Shown here: positions 26,541-39,938 of the stretch, one piece after another | Position numbering within the stretch: the stretch's first letter is position 1 | Layout of the letters: each line of letters opens with the position of its first letter | Origin: Octopus sinensis | Taxonomy: Eukaryota | NCBI RefSeq assembly: GCF_006345805.1 | Contig: NC_043009.1 | Location: 10,106,001 to 10,170,000 of the forward strand | DNA: 64,000 nucleotides | Direction: 5' to 3' | The notes under the pieces: model-generated | Told to the model about the DNA's origin: nothing | What the model saw: the letters and a program-made list of their open reading frames with translations, nothing else | Database searches by the model: none | Program-made: the position numbers and the translations under genes

Positions 26541-27456
26541 TAATTATTATTGCCATTGTGCAATATAGATGACGTGATACGTTTTCTGTTGGTGAACTTT
26601 CAATGAAGTGTAATGTATGTGTTTAGGTTTCACTCTCACTCACCCAATACCTGCAACTGTCTCACTCATTCTTCTCTCTCATATAATACAGTCGTGCCCT
26701 TTTAGTGATAGCATACACCCTCTCTATTTCTCTCTCATTCCTTCCTTTCTACGCTCTCATAGTCTAATCTTTTTATTCTATATTTGCAATAAACAGCCTG
26801 TTCAATATGTAGCTAGCTGCAAGTTGAGATCTGTACATTGTGACAAAAACCAAATGGAAAACATTGAAAGGAAAATTTCAAAAGATTAGTTCACTGTCCT
26901 ATTGGGTTTCACGAAACTAATCGAATAACGATTAGTTTGCTGAGAATAATGAAAGCGAGCCAACAGTTGGCTTAAAGGCTAAACACGATATTCATCCGTG
27001 TCTGTGTGACTAAACGTTAACATATCACCCAAAAGAATGCACATTACTCGATAAATCCAACGCAGAGCTAATATTATAACATCAACGGCGACAATAGGCA
27101 AGATCAACGTTATTGAATAACAACAAACGAAAGAAGATGAGCAAATAAATAGATAGATAAATAGAATTGATAAATAAAAGGTAAAAGCTTGAGTAAACGG
27201 ACTGAGAGGGAATCTGAAGTATTCAGAAATAATTGACATTCGATAAAGACGTTTAAAATCCTTGCATGAAAAGATATTAAAACAGAGACACTTCTCCTTG
27301 GCACAGAGTCATATAATTTAACTCAGATATAGAACGGACATTTATCAGCATCAGTGAAAAGTCTTTCACAGTATGAACTAAAGTTAGAACGTGTGGCAGT
27401 TATTTAGCCATGGGTGTGCTACCGCTTACGAAGCAATGATAATATTAAATTATTTT

Positions 27457-27862
27457 AAGGCGGCGAGCTGGCAGAATCGTTTGCAAGGCGTGGCGAAATG
27501 CGTAGCGGTATTTCGTCTGCCGCTATGTTCTGAGTTCAAATTCCGCCGAGGTCGACTTTGCCTTTCATCCTTTCGGGGTCAATTAAATAAGTACCAGTTA
27601 CGCACTGGGGTCGATATAATCGACTTAATCCGTTTGTCTGTCCTTGTTTGTCCTCTCTGTGTTTAGCCCCTTGTGGGTAGTAAAGAAATAGGTATTTCGT
27701 CTGCCGCTACGTTTCTGAGCTCAAATTCCGCCGAGGTCGACTTTGCTTTTCATCCTTTCGGTGTCAATAGATTAAGTGCCAGCTGCGTACTGGGGTAGAT
27801 CTAATCGATTGGTCGCCATCCCCAAAATTTCGGGCCTTGCGCCTAGAGTAGAAAAGAATATT
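27457..27862 (+). mobile_element. SINE family A, dimeric form (tail 1, core, tail 2)
   Basis: Core repeated after AAAGAAATAGGTATTTCGTC. Confidence 0.9.
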
Positions 27863-27872
27863 TTATTATTTT

Positions 27873-28087
27873 AAGGCAGCGAGCTGGCAGATTCGTTAGC
27901 ACGCCGGGCAAAATGCTTAGCGGTGTTTCATCGGTCTTTACGTTATGAGTTCAAATTCCGCCGAGGTCGATTTTGCCGTTGATCCTTTCCGGGTTGATAT
28001 AATAAGCATCAGTTTTGTGCTGGGATCGATGTTATCGACTTACCTACTCCCCCGACATTACTGGTCTTGTGCCAGAATTTGAATCAG
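27873..28087 (+). mobile_element. SINE family A
   Basis: Head, B-box, core and decayed tail 2. Confidence 0.85.
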
Positions 28088-28329
28088 TATTTTATTTCTT
28101 TGTGTGAAGGGCATATTCAATACTGATAAATATAAATGATTTTTATATTTAGCTACATGACCGTAACTTTATCGATAAAAGGAATCAGGTTACATGATGT
28201 CATACCATGAAAATCATTAGAAGTGTTTCTAAGTAGGAAAATGCTTGAGTTAGTAACGAATTCGACTCACGGAAGTTTAGCTTTCGTTCTAATAATCAGG
28301 ATTTCTAGGATAATATATATATATATATA

Positions 28330-28556
28330 TAGATGTTTCGTTTTGGGATTTGGTTTGCAAGATTCTTTATATGAGTTCGTGTGTTGAAGCATATTCTATT
28401 GCGTCTCTCAGAGTCAAAACTATTGAAAAGCTTGCAAGACGCAACGAAAATTTTAGGACAATAAAAATAAGAAAAACGTGGAAATTTTACCGGTGAGTAT
28501 GTTACATAATAAAGCTCAAAAAGAAAATGACTCTCCCCAGACACAACAGAATATAT
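28330..28556. repeat. Repeat fragment with short inverted arms (possibly PLE-related)
   Basis: ATATTCTATTGCGTCT (~28370) pairs with AGACACAACAGAATAT (~28540); family identity is inference. Confidence 0.4.
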
Positions 28557-29172
28557 AGATGTTCTTGAGGTCAAATGTCTATTCGGAAAGAGATCATTAG
28601 GTCATTAGCATTGGTTGTAATTGAAGGAGACTTGCTTAAGCAAAACATTGTTTCGAGAACTTGATATGTTGGATCATACCCATTGCTTACGAAAACACAA
28701 AGATCGGAAATGTAAATGTTTCTATCAAACATTTATATGAAGTTCTTGTTAATAATACTCTTCATCACTGAATTACTCTGTTTTTCGATATGCTGAAGTG
28801 TTGTCAGACTGGAAGGACAGCGTTGTTTAGGAACTTGTTCAGTACTCTGATCAAGACAATACAAACAAATGACTGGGTGCCAATTTAAAACACTTCAAAA
28901 AAGAAACCTTCACGTTACTCAGGCAGCTTTTTAGTATATAAAAGAAAAGATTATACAAAATTTTATATTATTTTATAAGAAATTATAAGAAAATAGCATC
29001 ATATACTTTTGAATAAAGTTCTATATCATAAAATATCTCGGTGTTCATATCTGTTTAAACTATTCCTAGTTTTATTAGGATCCACCCTAACACTTCGAAA
29101 CCCACGAACACCTTTCACTAAAGTACTGATTCCATATTAATAACAGTTGACTACCAGCACGTATGTACATTA

Positions 29173-31286
29173 CACTGGGCAAGAAAATTTTTTTTTATAT
29201 CTGGTGCCGGGAATATTTCAACGAACTCCTAAGTGATTTTGCCTGCTAAATTAAAAATAACTTCAGTTTTTCTGTACCAAGTCTAGTTTTCTGACTAGAC
29301 CTAACAGAGTAAGTATTTTATTCATACAAAAGGCATATAGTAAGAATCAATAAAGAGGACGTAACACAAAACAAAACAAACTACAAATAGAAATTCAAAA
29401 TTGAAAATGCACATTGGTTAAGATTTTTGGCAGAAAATTCAAGGAATAAATCTGCGATTCTTTGTGCACCGTGAATATTGAGCAACAGGGAGTATCTCAT
29501 TTTAAACACCAGCAATAGTCCACCATCATCATAACATTCCAGCATCTTTGGTACCGAGTTTCTATCTCCTTGATGTCCTGATGGAATTGTTCGCCTTGTT
29601 CATCGTTAACATCGAGATTTTTAGGAAAATAATCAATATGACTAAAAAGATACTGCGCCAATATCACGAAAAGTTGATATCAAGTTGGTAACAAGGTCTT
29701 TATGGTTTTAACTGTCGTGTTTCCCTAGGAAATTTTGCACTACGTCTGCTTTGCAGACGTAGTGCAAATGCTTCATTTTCGCTCATCGTTTTCATGAAAT
29801 TTGTGTCCTTCAAGAGCTTACGGATCTGTGGTCCATCGAAAATCCCTGCTTTAAGCTTTTCAATTGTCAAGTCTGGAAATATACTGAAAATAAACTTGAA
29901 GCACTCTCTATTTTTGTCAAGAGCTTTGACGAATTGCTTGATCAATTCGAGTCTGATGTGTAAAGGGGGAAAATGATCTTATCTCGCTCAACTAAAGGTT
30001 CTTCCAATACATTGGCTGCTCTACATTGATCCATATTTGTTCGAGGCCAGTCTTTCTTAACATAGTAGTTTCTTTGGTCTCTACTGTCCCACATGCAAAG
30101 AAAGCATGGGTATTTGGTTTAACTAGCAGGCTGTTCCATGAGAAAATTCACCATCTTTAAGTCAACGCAGATGACTCATTTATGATCGTGATATAGTATC
30201 TTCTCTAAAACCAACTTAATTTCTCCATATTTTTCCTTCAGAGTTGTTGAGTGGCCGAGTGGGACAGAGCCATACACATTTCCGTTGTGTACACATTTTA
30301 AACTACGCTTAGAGCTGTTTATGAAAAAAGACACCATTCCTCTGGTTTGTACTCCTTAATGCCAAGTTTATTAAGAAGTCCACTGACATCTCTGCAGTAA
30401 ATCAGTTCTTCCCCTTTTGTGAAGAAAGGAACTCTTCATGCTGACTCCGATAAAAGGTTATACGGACACCATTTTCTAGAAGATTCTTCTCTTTCAGTCG
30501 AGAAGCCAACTGTTCTGCAGAATTTTGGGGGGAGGTTCAAGTCACGAATTAGATCATTCAAATCTGGGAGAATAGATGAGGAAAAGTCGAAATTGAAAAG
30601 TCTTGATCTCTAGTGTCTACTTCAGGTGATGAATCTTCTTTTGTTGAGAATAAATTTATCTGAGGCAAAACATTGAAGACAGGAACCGGAAACTCTTCAC
30701 TGTGTGGAACCGGTCTAATAGCAGAGGCAAGATTAGGATACACAAGCGTTTGTCGATTTTTCGGTTAATACTCTTCAAATGTAGGTTACAAGAATAGCAG
30801 TCATCCACGTGATTATAGGGCTCCCACCATACCATTGGTATAGCAAACCTCATACCGTTCCTTGTCCCTTTAGTCCATTGTCGCAAATGTTCTGTACATT
30901 GTTTGCAGACGCTATGCGGTGCTCAGTATTTATCTTGGTCTCCAAGCCTGACCCCAAAATATGCTTTTTCGATTTTCAGGTAATGTGTATTCGCCACAAA
31001 CAACAAAACACATTTGGAGAATTAACGAAACACTTGCTCATTTTCTATTGCTTTGTTCACCACAACATCTAAAACGTATGGAAAAAGAAAAGATAAAATT
31101 TAGAATTAGAATAGGGTAACGAACACTGCGTACTGGACGTACACACATACATAGTGACTGTAGGGATGGTCAATGTCTTAAAAACTATATCTGATGGATT
31201 AAAAAGGTTATATCAGGATTCAAGACACCGATTTTGTAAAGTATGATGTCTATATCCTAAACACCAAAAAACTTGAAGACCAAGTG
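29173..31286 (-). mobile_element. Chapaev3-like (CMC superfamily) DNA transposon, decayed
   Basis: CAC...GTG termini flanked by a TTA duplication (29170-29172 and 31287-31289); transposase remnants inside. Family name is from recalled motifs. Confidence 0.75.
29470..31041 (-). pseudogene. Transposase pseudogene (many stops and frameshifts)
   Basis: AYFGVRLGDQDK, WEPYNHVDDCYSC, YPNLASAIRPVPH, VDLKM, TKYPCFLCMWDSR, KQFVKALD..GIFDGPQIR, DEQGEQFHQDI..DYCW. Confidence 0.85.
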
Positions 31287-31898
31287 TTATAATTTGCAGC
31301 CCTTTCTCCAATAAAAGACACCCTCTAATGACGGTTAAACATTGATTTATCAGCCAGTTTATTATCTTAGAACACTATAAATCGTTATTCATTACCTTTC
31401 TTCTATGAATTCATTGCCATTCGTTTGCAACTGTGAAGATTTCTTCACTAAAAATTCTGACTCTAAGCCATTTGTACTTAATTTAACAATTGATACATAT
31501 GCTTCGAATTACTTAATAGTCAATATGCTTTATCTTCCAGAGTACATCTCCTGTATGGTTTGTAACTTCATACTTAGCCACATGGTGTATCACAGCTTTG
31601 CAGATCCTTCGACGACTGTCAAACGGAATGCAGATTATGCAGATTACACGCAGTTGTCTCTTTCACCCACACAGAAAAACAGTGTATGGTCTTTGTACTG
31701 GAATTAATTTAACCAATGTTTCTGGTTCCTTCATAGAGTAAATCCTGTACAGATTTTTACTCTTCACTAAAGATTCTTTGCAAACATTTGTGTAAGCATT
31801 ACATGTTTCTTCTTCCAGATACCTCTAATTCTCATATATTTTATTTTTATTTTCCTCTTTAACAAAACAAAACATTCGACTCTTCAACCTATCAAAAT

Positions 31899-32058
31899 CA
31901 GAAGTGGCTTTGTGGTATGTAACATGCTTACCAACCACCTGGTTCCGGGTTCAATCCCATTGCATGGCACCTTGGGCAAGTGTCTTCTACTATAGCCTCG
32001 GGCCGACCAAAGCCTTGTGAGTGGATTTGGTAGACGGAAACTGAAAAACCCGTCGTAT

Positions 32059-32117
<59 letters not shown>

Positions 32118-32342
32118 GTATATGTTTGTGTGTCTGTGTTTGTCTCCCCAACATCGCTTGACAACCGATGCTGGTGTGTTTACGTCCCCGTAACTTAGCG
32201 GTTCGGCAAAAGAAACCGACAGAATAAGTACTAGGCTCCCAAAGAATAAGTCCTGGGGTCGATTTGCTCGACTAAAGGCGGTGCTCCAGCATGGCCGCAG
32301 TCAAATGACTGAAACAAGTAAAAGAGTGAAAGAATAAAAGAG
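31899..32342 (+). mobile_element. SINE family B, full length
   Basis: All family-B modules present. Confidence 0.9.
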
Positions 32343-33830
32343 ATGATCCTGCACATTATGTGTATCTGTGCTTAGGTTTCACATTGTGTTTAAAATCCTT
32401 TTACATAAAATCCTTCGACAATATTTGTTCTAGAATGAATCTGATCTTTATTTCTATTTATTTAGTCCCTTTCAGAAACATAGAAATCTAATGGATATTT
32501 GAGATGAAATTACACAATCTTTCCTATTTGCTGTTAATTTATCTATGAACACATTCTGTTACTTATGAACCGAGTTTCCATTTTAGCACCATCATTAGTG
32601 CCACGGCCATTATTCATATGTTTCAAAATAATAGAACTAGTTGGAGTAAATTCCTTGATACCGATGGCTTTTGCTGTTAATTATTATGAACAAATTCTGT
32701 TATTTATACCATTTTAGCGCCATCATCAGCACCACAGTCATTATACTTACGCTTCAGAATAATGGAACTAGTTGAACTAAATTCTTTGAAATCGTTGGCT
32801 TGTGGTTCATTATTAAAATTCTTGAGTATAAGAATTTTGCTGTTTGTTTATTCCAAGTTTATTATTGCAGCTGTCTATTTTATCTACTATTTTTATAAGA
32901 TTAACTAGTTTCCCGTTTAAAGCTGTTGCATTTAATCGTTAATCTATTTAAAACATATTAGGTCTTTCAGTTGTTAGTCTTTTGTCTATTATATTCTCAT
33001 GTTAGCTTTATAGCTCTTTTTTCTCAGAATAACGCCTCACTACATTTCTGATTTATTTTTTATCTCTGTGAATTATATGCCGCTCTGACCAGTTCATCTT
33101 GACCTTCTTTGATTTGGCCAGTACAAGAATCTGTCAGCGTGCAGAGTTGACACGAAAGCCTCAAGATTATCAGTTGATCAACTAGAAATAGCAACCAATT
33201 CTACTTCAAATCATATCTTACCAACTTAAATAAGATTAGATAATTATTATGCGGATAATAGTTATAATGGAATATCCCCTCCTACGTGATGAGTGGTATG
33301 TGGTAGTCGTTCCAAATACTATGACGTAGGACTTCGAGTCAGTGTCAGTCGAACAGTCGGTTATAGATAGATAGTCGTGTCTTACTATACTGCTATACCG
33401 GAGTAGGTGTTATAATTACCCGACAGAGGATTACTACAGTGGCGATTAGGAATTAACAATCTCATGGGGAATTAACAAATTTATGAGGATTCAACAGACT
33501 CACAAGTAGTTACGAAACTCACAAAGGTTTTTTTGTGCGAATTTTACTGTATACAAAATCGTAAAATTATCGAAGATTTGTTGGCCGGTTTGCTTGAGTT
33601 GCAAAAACAACAACAACAACAATTATTACTACAACAAATGCTACAATTAAGGAATAGCAAGTCGTCAAAAAATGCTGAAAGAAAATGTTGAAGGATTTCC
33701 ATGTTGGATACCCTGGTATTTCGAGGATGAAAGCTTTGATGTGTAGTTACGTGAACTGGCCAAAAATGGATACAGAAATCGAAAATTTAGTGAAAGGCTG
33801 CCGAGGAAGTGCGCTAGCGGCAAAATTACC

Positions 33831-34062
33831 TATTTCTTTACTACCCACAAGGGGCTAAACACACAGAGGACAAACAAGGACAGACAAACGGATTAAGTCG
33901 ATTATATCGACCCCAGTGCGTAACTGGTACTTATTTAATCGACCCTGAAAGGATGAATGGCAAAATCGACCTCGGCGGAATTTGTGCTCAGAACATAAAG
34001 ACAGACGAAATATCGCGAAGCATTTCGCCCGGCGTGCTAACGTTTCTGCCAGCTCGCCGCCT
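33831..34062 (-). mobile_element. SINE family A (tail 1), part of the chimeric insert
   Basis: Complete head, core and tail 1. Confidence 0.9.
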
Positions 34063-34091
34063 CTTTTTTTGTCTTCTCTCTCTTTTTTTTT

Positions 34092-34197
34092 AATATTTGC
34101 TACTACCACCGAGATCTGCACCCGCGGTCGGCTTCACCCGGGGACTCGCGACCGCGGGTCCATGCACGCCGCGGCGCCCTCCTACTCGACCGGGCAC
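34092..34197 (-). rRNA. 28S rRNA fragment (~106 bp, retroposed piece, not a gene)
   Basis: Minus strand GAGTAGGAGGGC...GGTGCAGATCTCGGTGGTAGTAGCAAATATT matches a conserved eukaryotic LSU segment; GC-rich relative to its flanks. Confidence 0.9.
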
Positions 34198-35534
34198 AAT
34201 TACCGACGATTAAAAGTGAACCTTGACCAAAAGTAGATGTTCCATGGTCAAGACGACACATCGATTTCGCTGGTCCCTTAAACGGTTTATACTAATTAGT
34301 GGTAGTAGATAGTTTCTCTAAATGACCAGAAATTTGTAAGTGTAAAAAGCCAACCTCCTCAACTGCAACAAACTTTCTACATGAGCTGTTTGTGAGATTT
34401 GGCGTCCCTGACGCGTTAGTGTCTGACAATGGAACGCCATTTGTGTATTTTGAATTTTGTAAAACGTTTTCTGTAGAACATGTAACTACGGCGCTGAACC
34501 ATCCCAAATCTAACAGACAAGCAGACGCTTTGTCGATGCGTTCAAGAGAGCCCCAAGAAAGTCGAATAAGGAAGTCGCGGATGAGGTAGCTCTACGACAA
34601 TTCTTAAGAGTATACCACCGTGTGACACCAAATCCAAACACACCAGTAGGTATATCACCAGTGGAGCTGATGTTTGCGAGGAAAATAAAATCAGTCTTCG
34701 ACAAATTTCTGACTGGTAAGAAAAGAAAAACTGCAATGGATAACACAGCAAGATATTTCAAAATGGGTGAAAATGTATTTGTTAGGGCATATAAGAACGG
34801 AAAACAAGATAACGTGATTACCAAACGCATAGGGAAAATGCTATATTTGGTTAAAGGAAGAAAAGGAGTATAGAAAAGACACCTGAATAAAAAAAAAAAA
34901 GATTTGCTGAGAGCGAACCCAAGAGAATAGGAGAACCAATGGAATGGTTGTATGATACTTTTCAAGTACCAACGCAAGTTAATGTGTAACTGTATAAAAA
35001 AGAAACCTAAAAAACGGGAGGTGGGGTGATGTAAAAATTATTGCTAATAAAAAGAAATAAATTACACTTTCTAAGAAAAAAAGAAGACTTAAAAGGGGCT
35101 AATAGTAATAATAGAACACCCCTCTCACGTGACGAGTGATATGTTCTAGTCGTTACAAATACTGTGACGTAGAAAGTCGAGGTAGTGTCAGTCGAGTAGT
35201 CAGTCATAGATAAGTAGTTGTGTCTTGTCTAACTAACTATACTGCTATACCGGAGTGGGCGTATAACAATCGACAGAGGATTACAACAATAAAATAGTTC
35301 TGCAAATGCCAAAAAAGACAGAAATATCACTGATGGTATACTCTTGATCATAGAACTGATCGATCAGGGTTAACCTCGGAATAAAAATATATCAGGCACA
35401 TAAAGTGACTGAAATAACCTTTATGTGATCTATCAATGTTTAAGGGAAGCTAACAGTTTTTGCGTGATATTGAATGGTTAATACGTAACTTACACGCTGT
35501 TAGGATAAAATTATTTTACTAAATTCTTCTATAT

Positions 35535-35686
35535 GGTCGCAGGCGTGGCTTGCTTGAAAAGCTTGCTTCACATCTACATAGTTCCGGGTTCAGTCCCATT
35601 GTATGGTTCCTTGGGAAAATGCCTTCTACCATAGCCTCGAGCAGACTAAAGTCTTGTGAGTGGATTTGAAAGAAGCCCCTCGTATA
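35535..35686 (+). mobile_element. SINE family B 5' half
   Basis: GGTTCAGTCCC B-box-like motif and GTGAGTGGATTT..GAAAGAAGCCC. Confidence 0.8.
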
Positions 35687-36060
35687 CACACACACACACA
35701 CAAAGAAGCCCCTCGTATGCACACACACACACACACACAAAGAAGCCCCTCGTATACACACACACACACACACACAAAGAAGCCCCTCGTATACACACAC
35801 ACACACACAAAGAAGCCCCTCGTATACACACACACACACACACAAAGAAGCCCCTCGTATACACACACACACACACACACAAAGAAGCCCCTCGTATACA
35901 CACACACACACACACACACAAAGAAGCCCCTCGTATACACACACACACACCACACAAAGAAGCCCCTCGTATACACACACACACACACACAAAGAAGCCC
36001 CTCGTATACACACACACACACACACAAAGAAGCCCCTCGTATACACACACACACACATAC
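35669..36060 (+). repeat. Minisatellite: 11 x AAAGAAGCCCCTCGTATA + variable (CA)n
   Basis: Counted directly; the unit derives from the SINE-B motif GAAAGAAGCCCGTCGTATA. Confidence 0.95.
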
Positions 36061-36113
36061 ACACACACTTATATATTTATACATGTGTGTGTGTGTGTGT
36101 GTTTATGAATATC

Positions 36114-36503
36114 GGATTTTTTCGGTTTGATCGGCAGTTTTTTAAAATAATTTCCACGTAACCAAACACTTTTAAACTTCGTATACTGGTAGAATGTGTT
36201 TTTAAAACAACTTTTTCTCTTGGCTTTATTGAGAACATTCTATAGTTTGTAACATATTCTGCAATTTCAACCAGTCACTGACGTCTATTGAGTTAAAAAA
36301 CATTCTGTGTCGTATGAATATGTCCCTCGTTTAAGAAACAGATTGGGTTTATTTACATTTGTGAAGAAAAAAAGACACCCTTCTCCCCACCTCTAACCCT
36401 AAAATAGATTGAAATGCAATAGATCGATACTAGGGTCATAATTATGGGTGACAATTTCATATGACACCGTTAGAAAAAACTGCCGTTCAAACCGAAAAGA
36501 TCC
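36114..36503. mobile_element. Non-autonomous TIR DNA transposon (~390 bp)
   Basis: 29-bp TIRs GGATTTTTTCGGTTTGATCGGCAGTTTTT / AAAAACTGCCGTTCAAACCGAAAAGATCC; superfamily not determined. Confidence 0.8.
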
Positions 36504-38017
36504 TGACTGACTACCACCACCATTTGTTTTTTTATCATTTCGACCTCGGTGGAATCTGAACTCAGAACATAAAGAGATGAAAAAATGTCGCTAGTATTTT
36601 GTCCGTCGCGGTAACGATTCTGCCTTTATAATATGTATGATACTATTTGACAAAATATAGTTGATACTCAGAGTGGATGCTATTGTTTAGCTTTTTCTGG
36701 TCATGTCGAGTATACCTATGATGAAAGACATACTAATGAGACCATCCCAGCTTTTCGGATATCAGGCACAAGTAGATTGGTGAAATGAACCGGTATCTAC
36801 TGAAGACGCAAAAATGTGATTTGGAAGATTTGCTGCGATTTCTTGCATGCGGGCGACCGCTGACACAACCCATCGTTCGTATAAGATTGACATTTAAGAC
36901 CAGAAGAAAAACACAAAGCTATGACTCACGCACTCTCATATACACATACGTACAAGCATGGATACGCACACACACACACGCACAAGCACAAACACTTACA
37001 CACACATAATCACACGGTCATACGACATGATCTTCCGTTCCTTTGACTTATTGCTTTAGCCTTCATGACTAAGGTCATGGTACAGTACCGCCTTCATATA
37101 CATACATGCATACATACATCATACATACATGCATACTCACACATACATGCATAAATACATATACATATATAAATATGTACATGCATAGACATATAAAAGC
37201 ATACATATATCCAAGTACATGCACACACATACGTCTCTGTATCTCTTACTCTTTCCATCTCTCTCTCTCTGCATATTTATTTATATGTACATACATAAAT
37301 ATACGTTTGTATGCATATATGTATGCACGCATATACGAATGTGTGTATATACATTTACGTATAAAAAAAATATATATGTATGAATGTATGTATATATATA
37401 CATATTTATATATGTATATTTATATTGCATATATATGTATATTTATATACATATATATATGTATGTATGCCTATACAGATACAAAGATATTTCCAATTGA
37501 GAAATAGATAGATAGAAAGATAGATAGATAACTTGACAGACAGATAGATAGACAAAGAGATAGATAAATAGGTACGGTTAAAGACCGATTAGCAGATATA
37601 TAGATAACTGTAAACACGAAATAAACGCAATGAAAGACCAACACTTCCTAAAACTCTTTCTCGGAATCTATAAATCTGATAGAATAAAACGAATGAAAAA
37701 TAAAAAAAAAGAACATTTAATAAAAAGAAATGTTAAGTTGAGATTAGTTTAATCAAAATGAAATGAATGGAGCTAAGGAGAATGTGAAGAGGAAAAAAAC
37801 ACACACAAAATAGAAATGAAATGATGTGAAATGACTGCTAAAGCCTCAACAAAAATCAGTTATCAAAACATGGCCGACGTTGTCGTAAAATAAAAGTAAA
37901 AAATAATAATGTAATGTATAATGATATTGGCGTTTTCTCTCTTATTCAAGAAGCTGTCAAGCGCAGTGGTATAAATACATCGCAGGACTGAAGACGATGA
38001 AGAAAACGGAGAAGTGG

Positions 38018-38120
<103 letters not shown>

Positions 38121-39039
38121 AGGAGTAGAGGACGAGGGAGACAGCTAAAATACGAACGGCAATAACAAGAAAAAAGAGAAACAAAATTAAAAATAAACTA
38201 CAAAAAAAAAACTAAAAGAAGGAAAAAATAAAGTTGAAATGGTATTACCGTAGGTGAGAATCTATAACGGCCTATGGTATGAAAATTGAGAAAGAAATAA
38301 AAGATCGCGGCATTCGTAGAATAAAGCGCTCGTTAAAAAGGGATGTATTAAACGAAGACATCTATTTCAGCTACTGCCATATTTGTCTGTTTATAAAAAG
38401 CCTTTTTGCAGATTCTACATTTATTTGTCTCTTTCGTTCTGTTTGCCTGTTTGTTCGAGAATCATACGTCTGCTTTAATATACGGTTTTAACAGCTCAGA
38501 TATGTCATATACTTGTCTCTTAACATATCGGAGCGTGCTGTTATGTTTAATGATAGCATAATGTCTATCCATAAGTGTATTCTAGCTAAGAATTTTACGT
38601 ACACACATACATACACTTTTGAATACATCAACACATCACATACATACGTACAAACATACTTACATATTTACATACATTTATCACAGGCAATAAACATACA
38701 CAGATTCTAACACATACTTATGTAGTTAAAATTTACATATACACTTATGTCTGTATTAATTATGCATTTCAATGGGAATGCATTTATATTTATACAACCC
38801 ACTGATATACATACATTCATATTTGTGTGTGAGTGTGTGTATGTGTTTTCAATTATATATAAAAATAGCAAATGTTACTAAATAAAAGAATAAATATGAC
38901 TTTTTTAAAACTACTTTTTAAAGTGTTTCTATGTAGATACATACACACATGCACAGACTCGAACACAAAGACATATTTATGGGCGTAGACGTGGTTGCAT
39001 GGTTAGGAGTTTCGTTTCATAAGCACTGCATTACACGTC

Positions 39040-39470
39040 TTGGATGTGTATTTTCTGCCATAGTTTGGCTGTGTCTATTGTGGCTTTTGAAACCAGGTTT
39101 TTGAGCACAAGTGCTTTAGAAAGCTGCTACGCATCTCGTGTACACAAAATACAGAACGAAAAGCTTTGCCAAGTAGCAAGTCAACAAACACACTGGCAGA
39201 CAGGAACCACTCATGCGCAGGTAAAACAGACGAAAGCTTGCCTGGTATGGTTACGTATCCCGCTACAACTTCCTTCCAAGACTACTCTTCAGGGCAAAAC
39301 CTATAAAGGGCAACAGAGAGGCAGATAGAAAATCCTGATTTGACTACATCAAGGATTGGACAAATCTCACCATCACTTCCTTGCTTCATATAACAGAGAA
39401 CAGAAACCAGCCGCGACGGCTGACTGCATTGGGGTCTAGAGCGACACCCCAACGACTGACCGCACCAGTC
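39040..39470 (+). mobile_element. RTE-clade LINE 3' fragment
   Basis: Frameshifted AFE..CFRKLLRIS..KLAWYG..LQG..GR.RK.W..IKDW. Confidence 0.8.
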
Positions 39471-39619
39471 GCAAAAAAAACTTGACAAATGATGAATATA
39501 GTTTGATATTGACCAGTGAATCGTTAGAGCATTGAATAAAATACTCTCCGCTATTTATTTCGGATCTTATGAGCTCAAATACCACTCAAGTCGCGCCAAG
39601 ATAAACTTTGCACTTCGTC

Positions 39620-39780
39620 CTTTCCACTAATAAAGAAGTCTTTCTACGGTCATAGCCTTTCTCTTTGGACTGCCAGACTCTGGAATCCTCTTCCGTCTCA
39701 TTGCTGTCCTTCTTCTTATGACCTGAACGATTTCAATTCCAAAGTAAATCCATCCCGTTCGTTTTAACTTCTCCTTCATA
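39620..39780 (+). mobile_element. L2/Jockey-like LINE 3' end fragment
   Basis: WNPLPSHCCPSSYDLNDFNSKVN. Confidence 0.55.
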
Positions 39781-39803
39781 GACCGTTACACTATGTATCT
39801 ATC

Positions 39804-39938
<135 letters not shown>

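Larger units (their letters stand above)
33685..34960 (+). pseudogene. Gypsy integrase remnant interrupted by a SINE+28S insertion
   Basis: HVGYPGISRMKALMCSYVNWPKM...PWSR.HIDFAGP..VVVDSFSK..RFGVPDALVSDNGT..HPKSN. Confidence 0.88.
33259..35288 (+). mobile_element. Gypsy LTR retrotransposon, internally deleted
   Basis: Diverged LTRs at 33259-33438 and 35103-35288, 4-bp TSD ATAA, PBS-like TGGCGA at 33440, purine tract before the 3' LTR. Confidence 0.85.

Noticed and set aside
26917-26941. 10-bp hairpin after GAAA as hammerhead stem III
   Set aside because: The following CTGAGAA breaks the 3-8 pair and leaves no room for stem I.
34092-34197. Functional rDNA locus or contamination
   Set aside because: Only ~106 bp, with no other rDNA, embedded between TSDs inside a TE.
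35669-36060. CRISPR array
   Set aside because: Spacers are only (CA)n, the repeat derives from a SINE, there are no cas genes, and the context is eukaryotic.
37968-37978. TATAAATA as a promoter
   Set aside because: Common word in AT-rich DNA; no downstream gene evidence.
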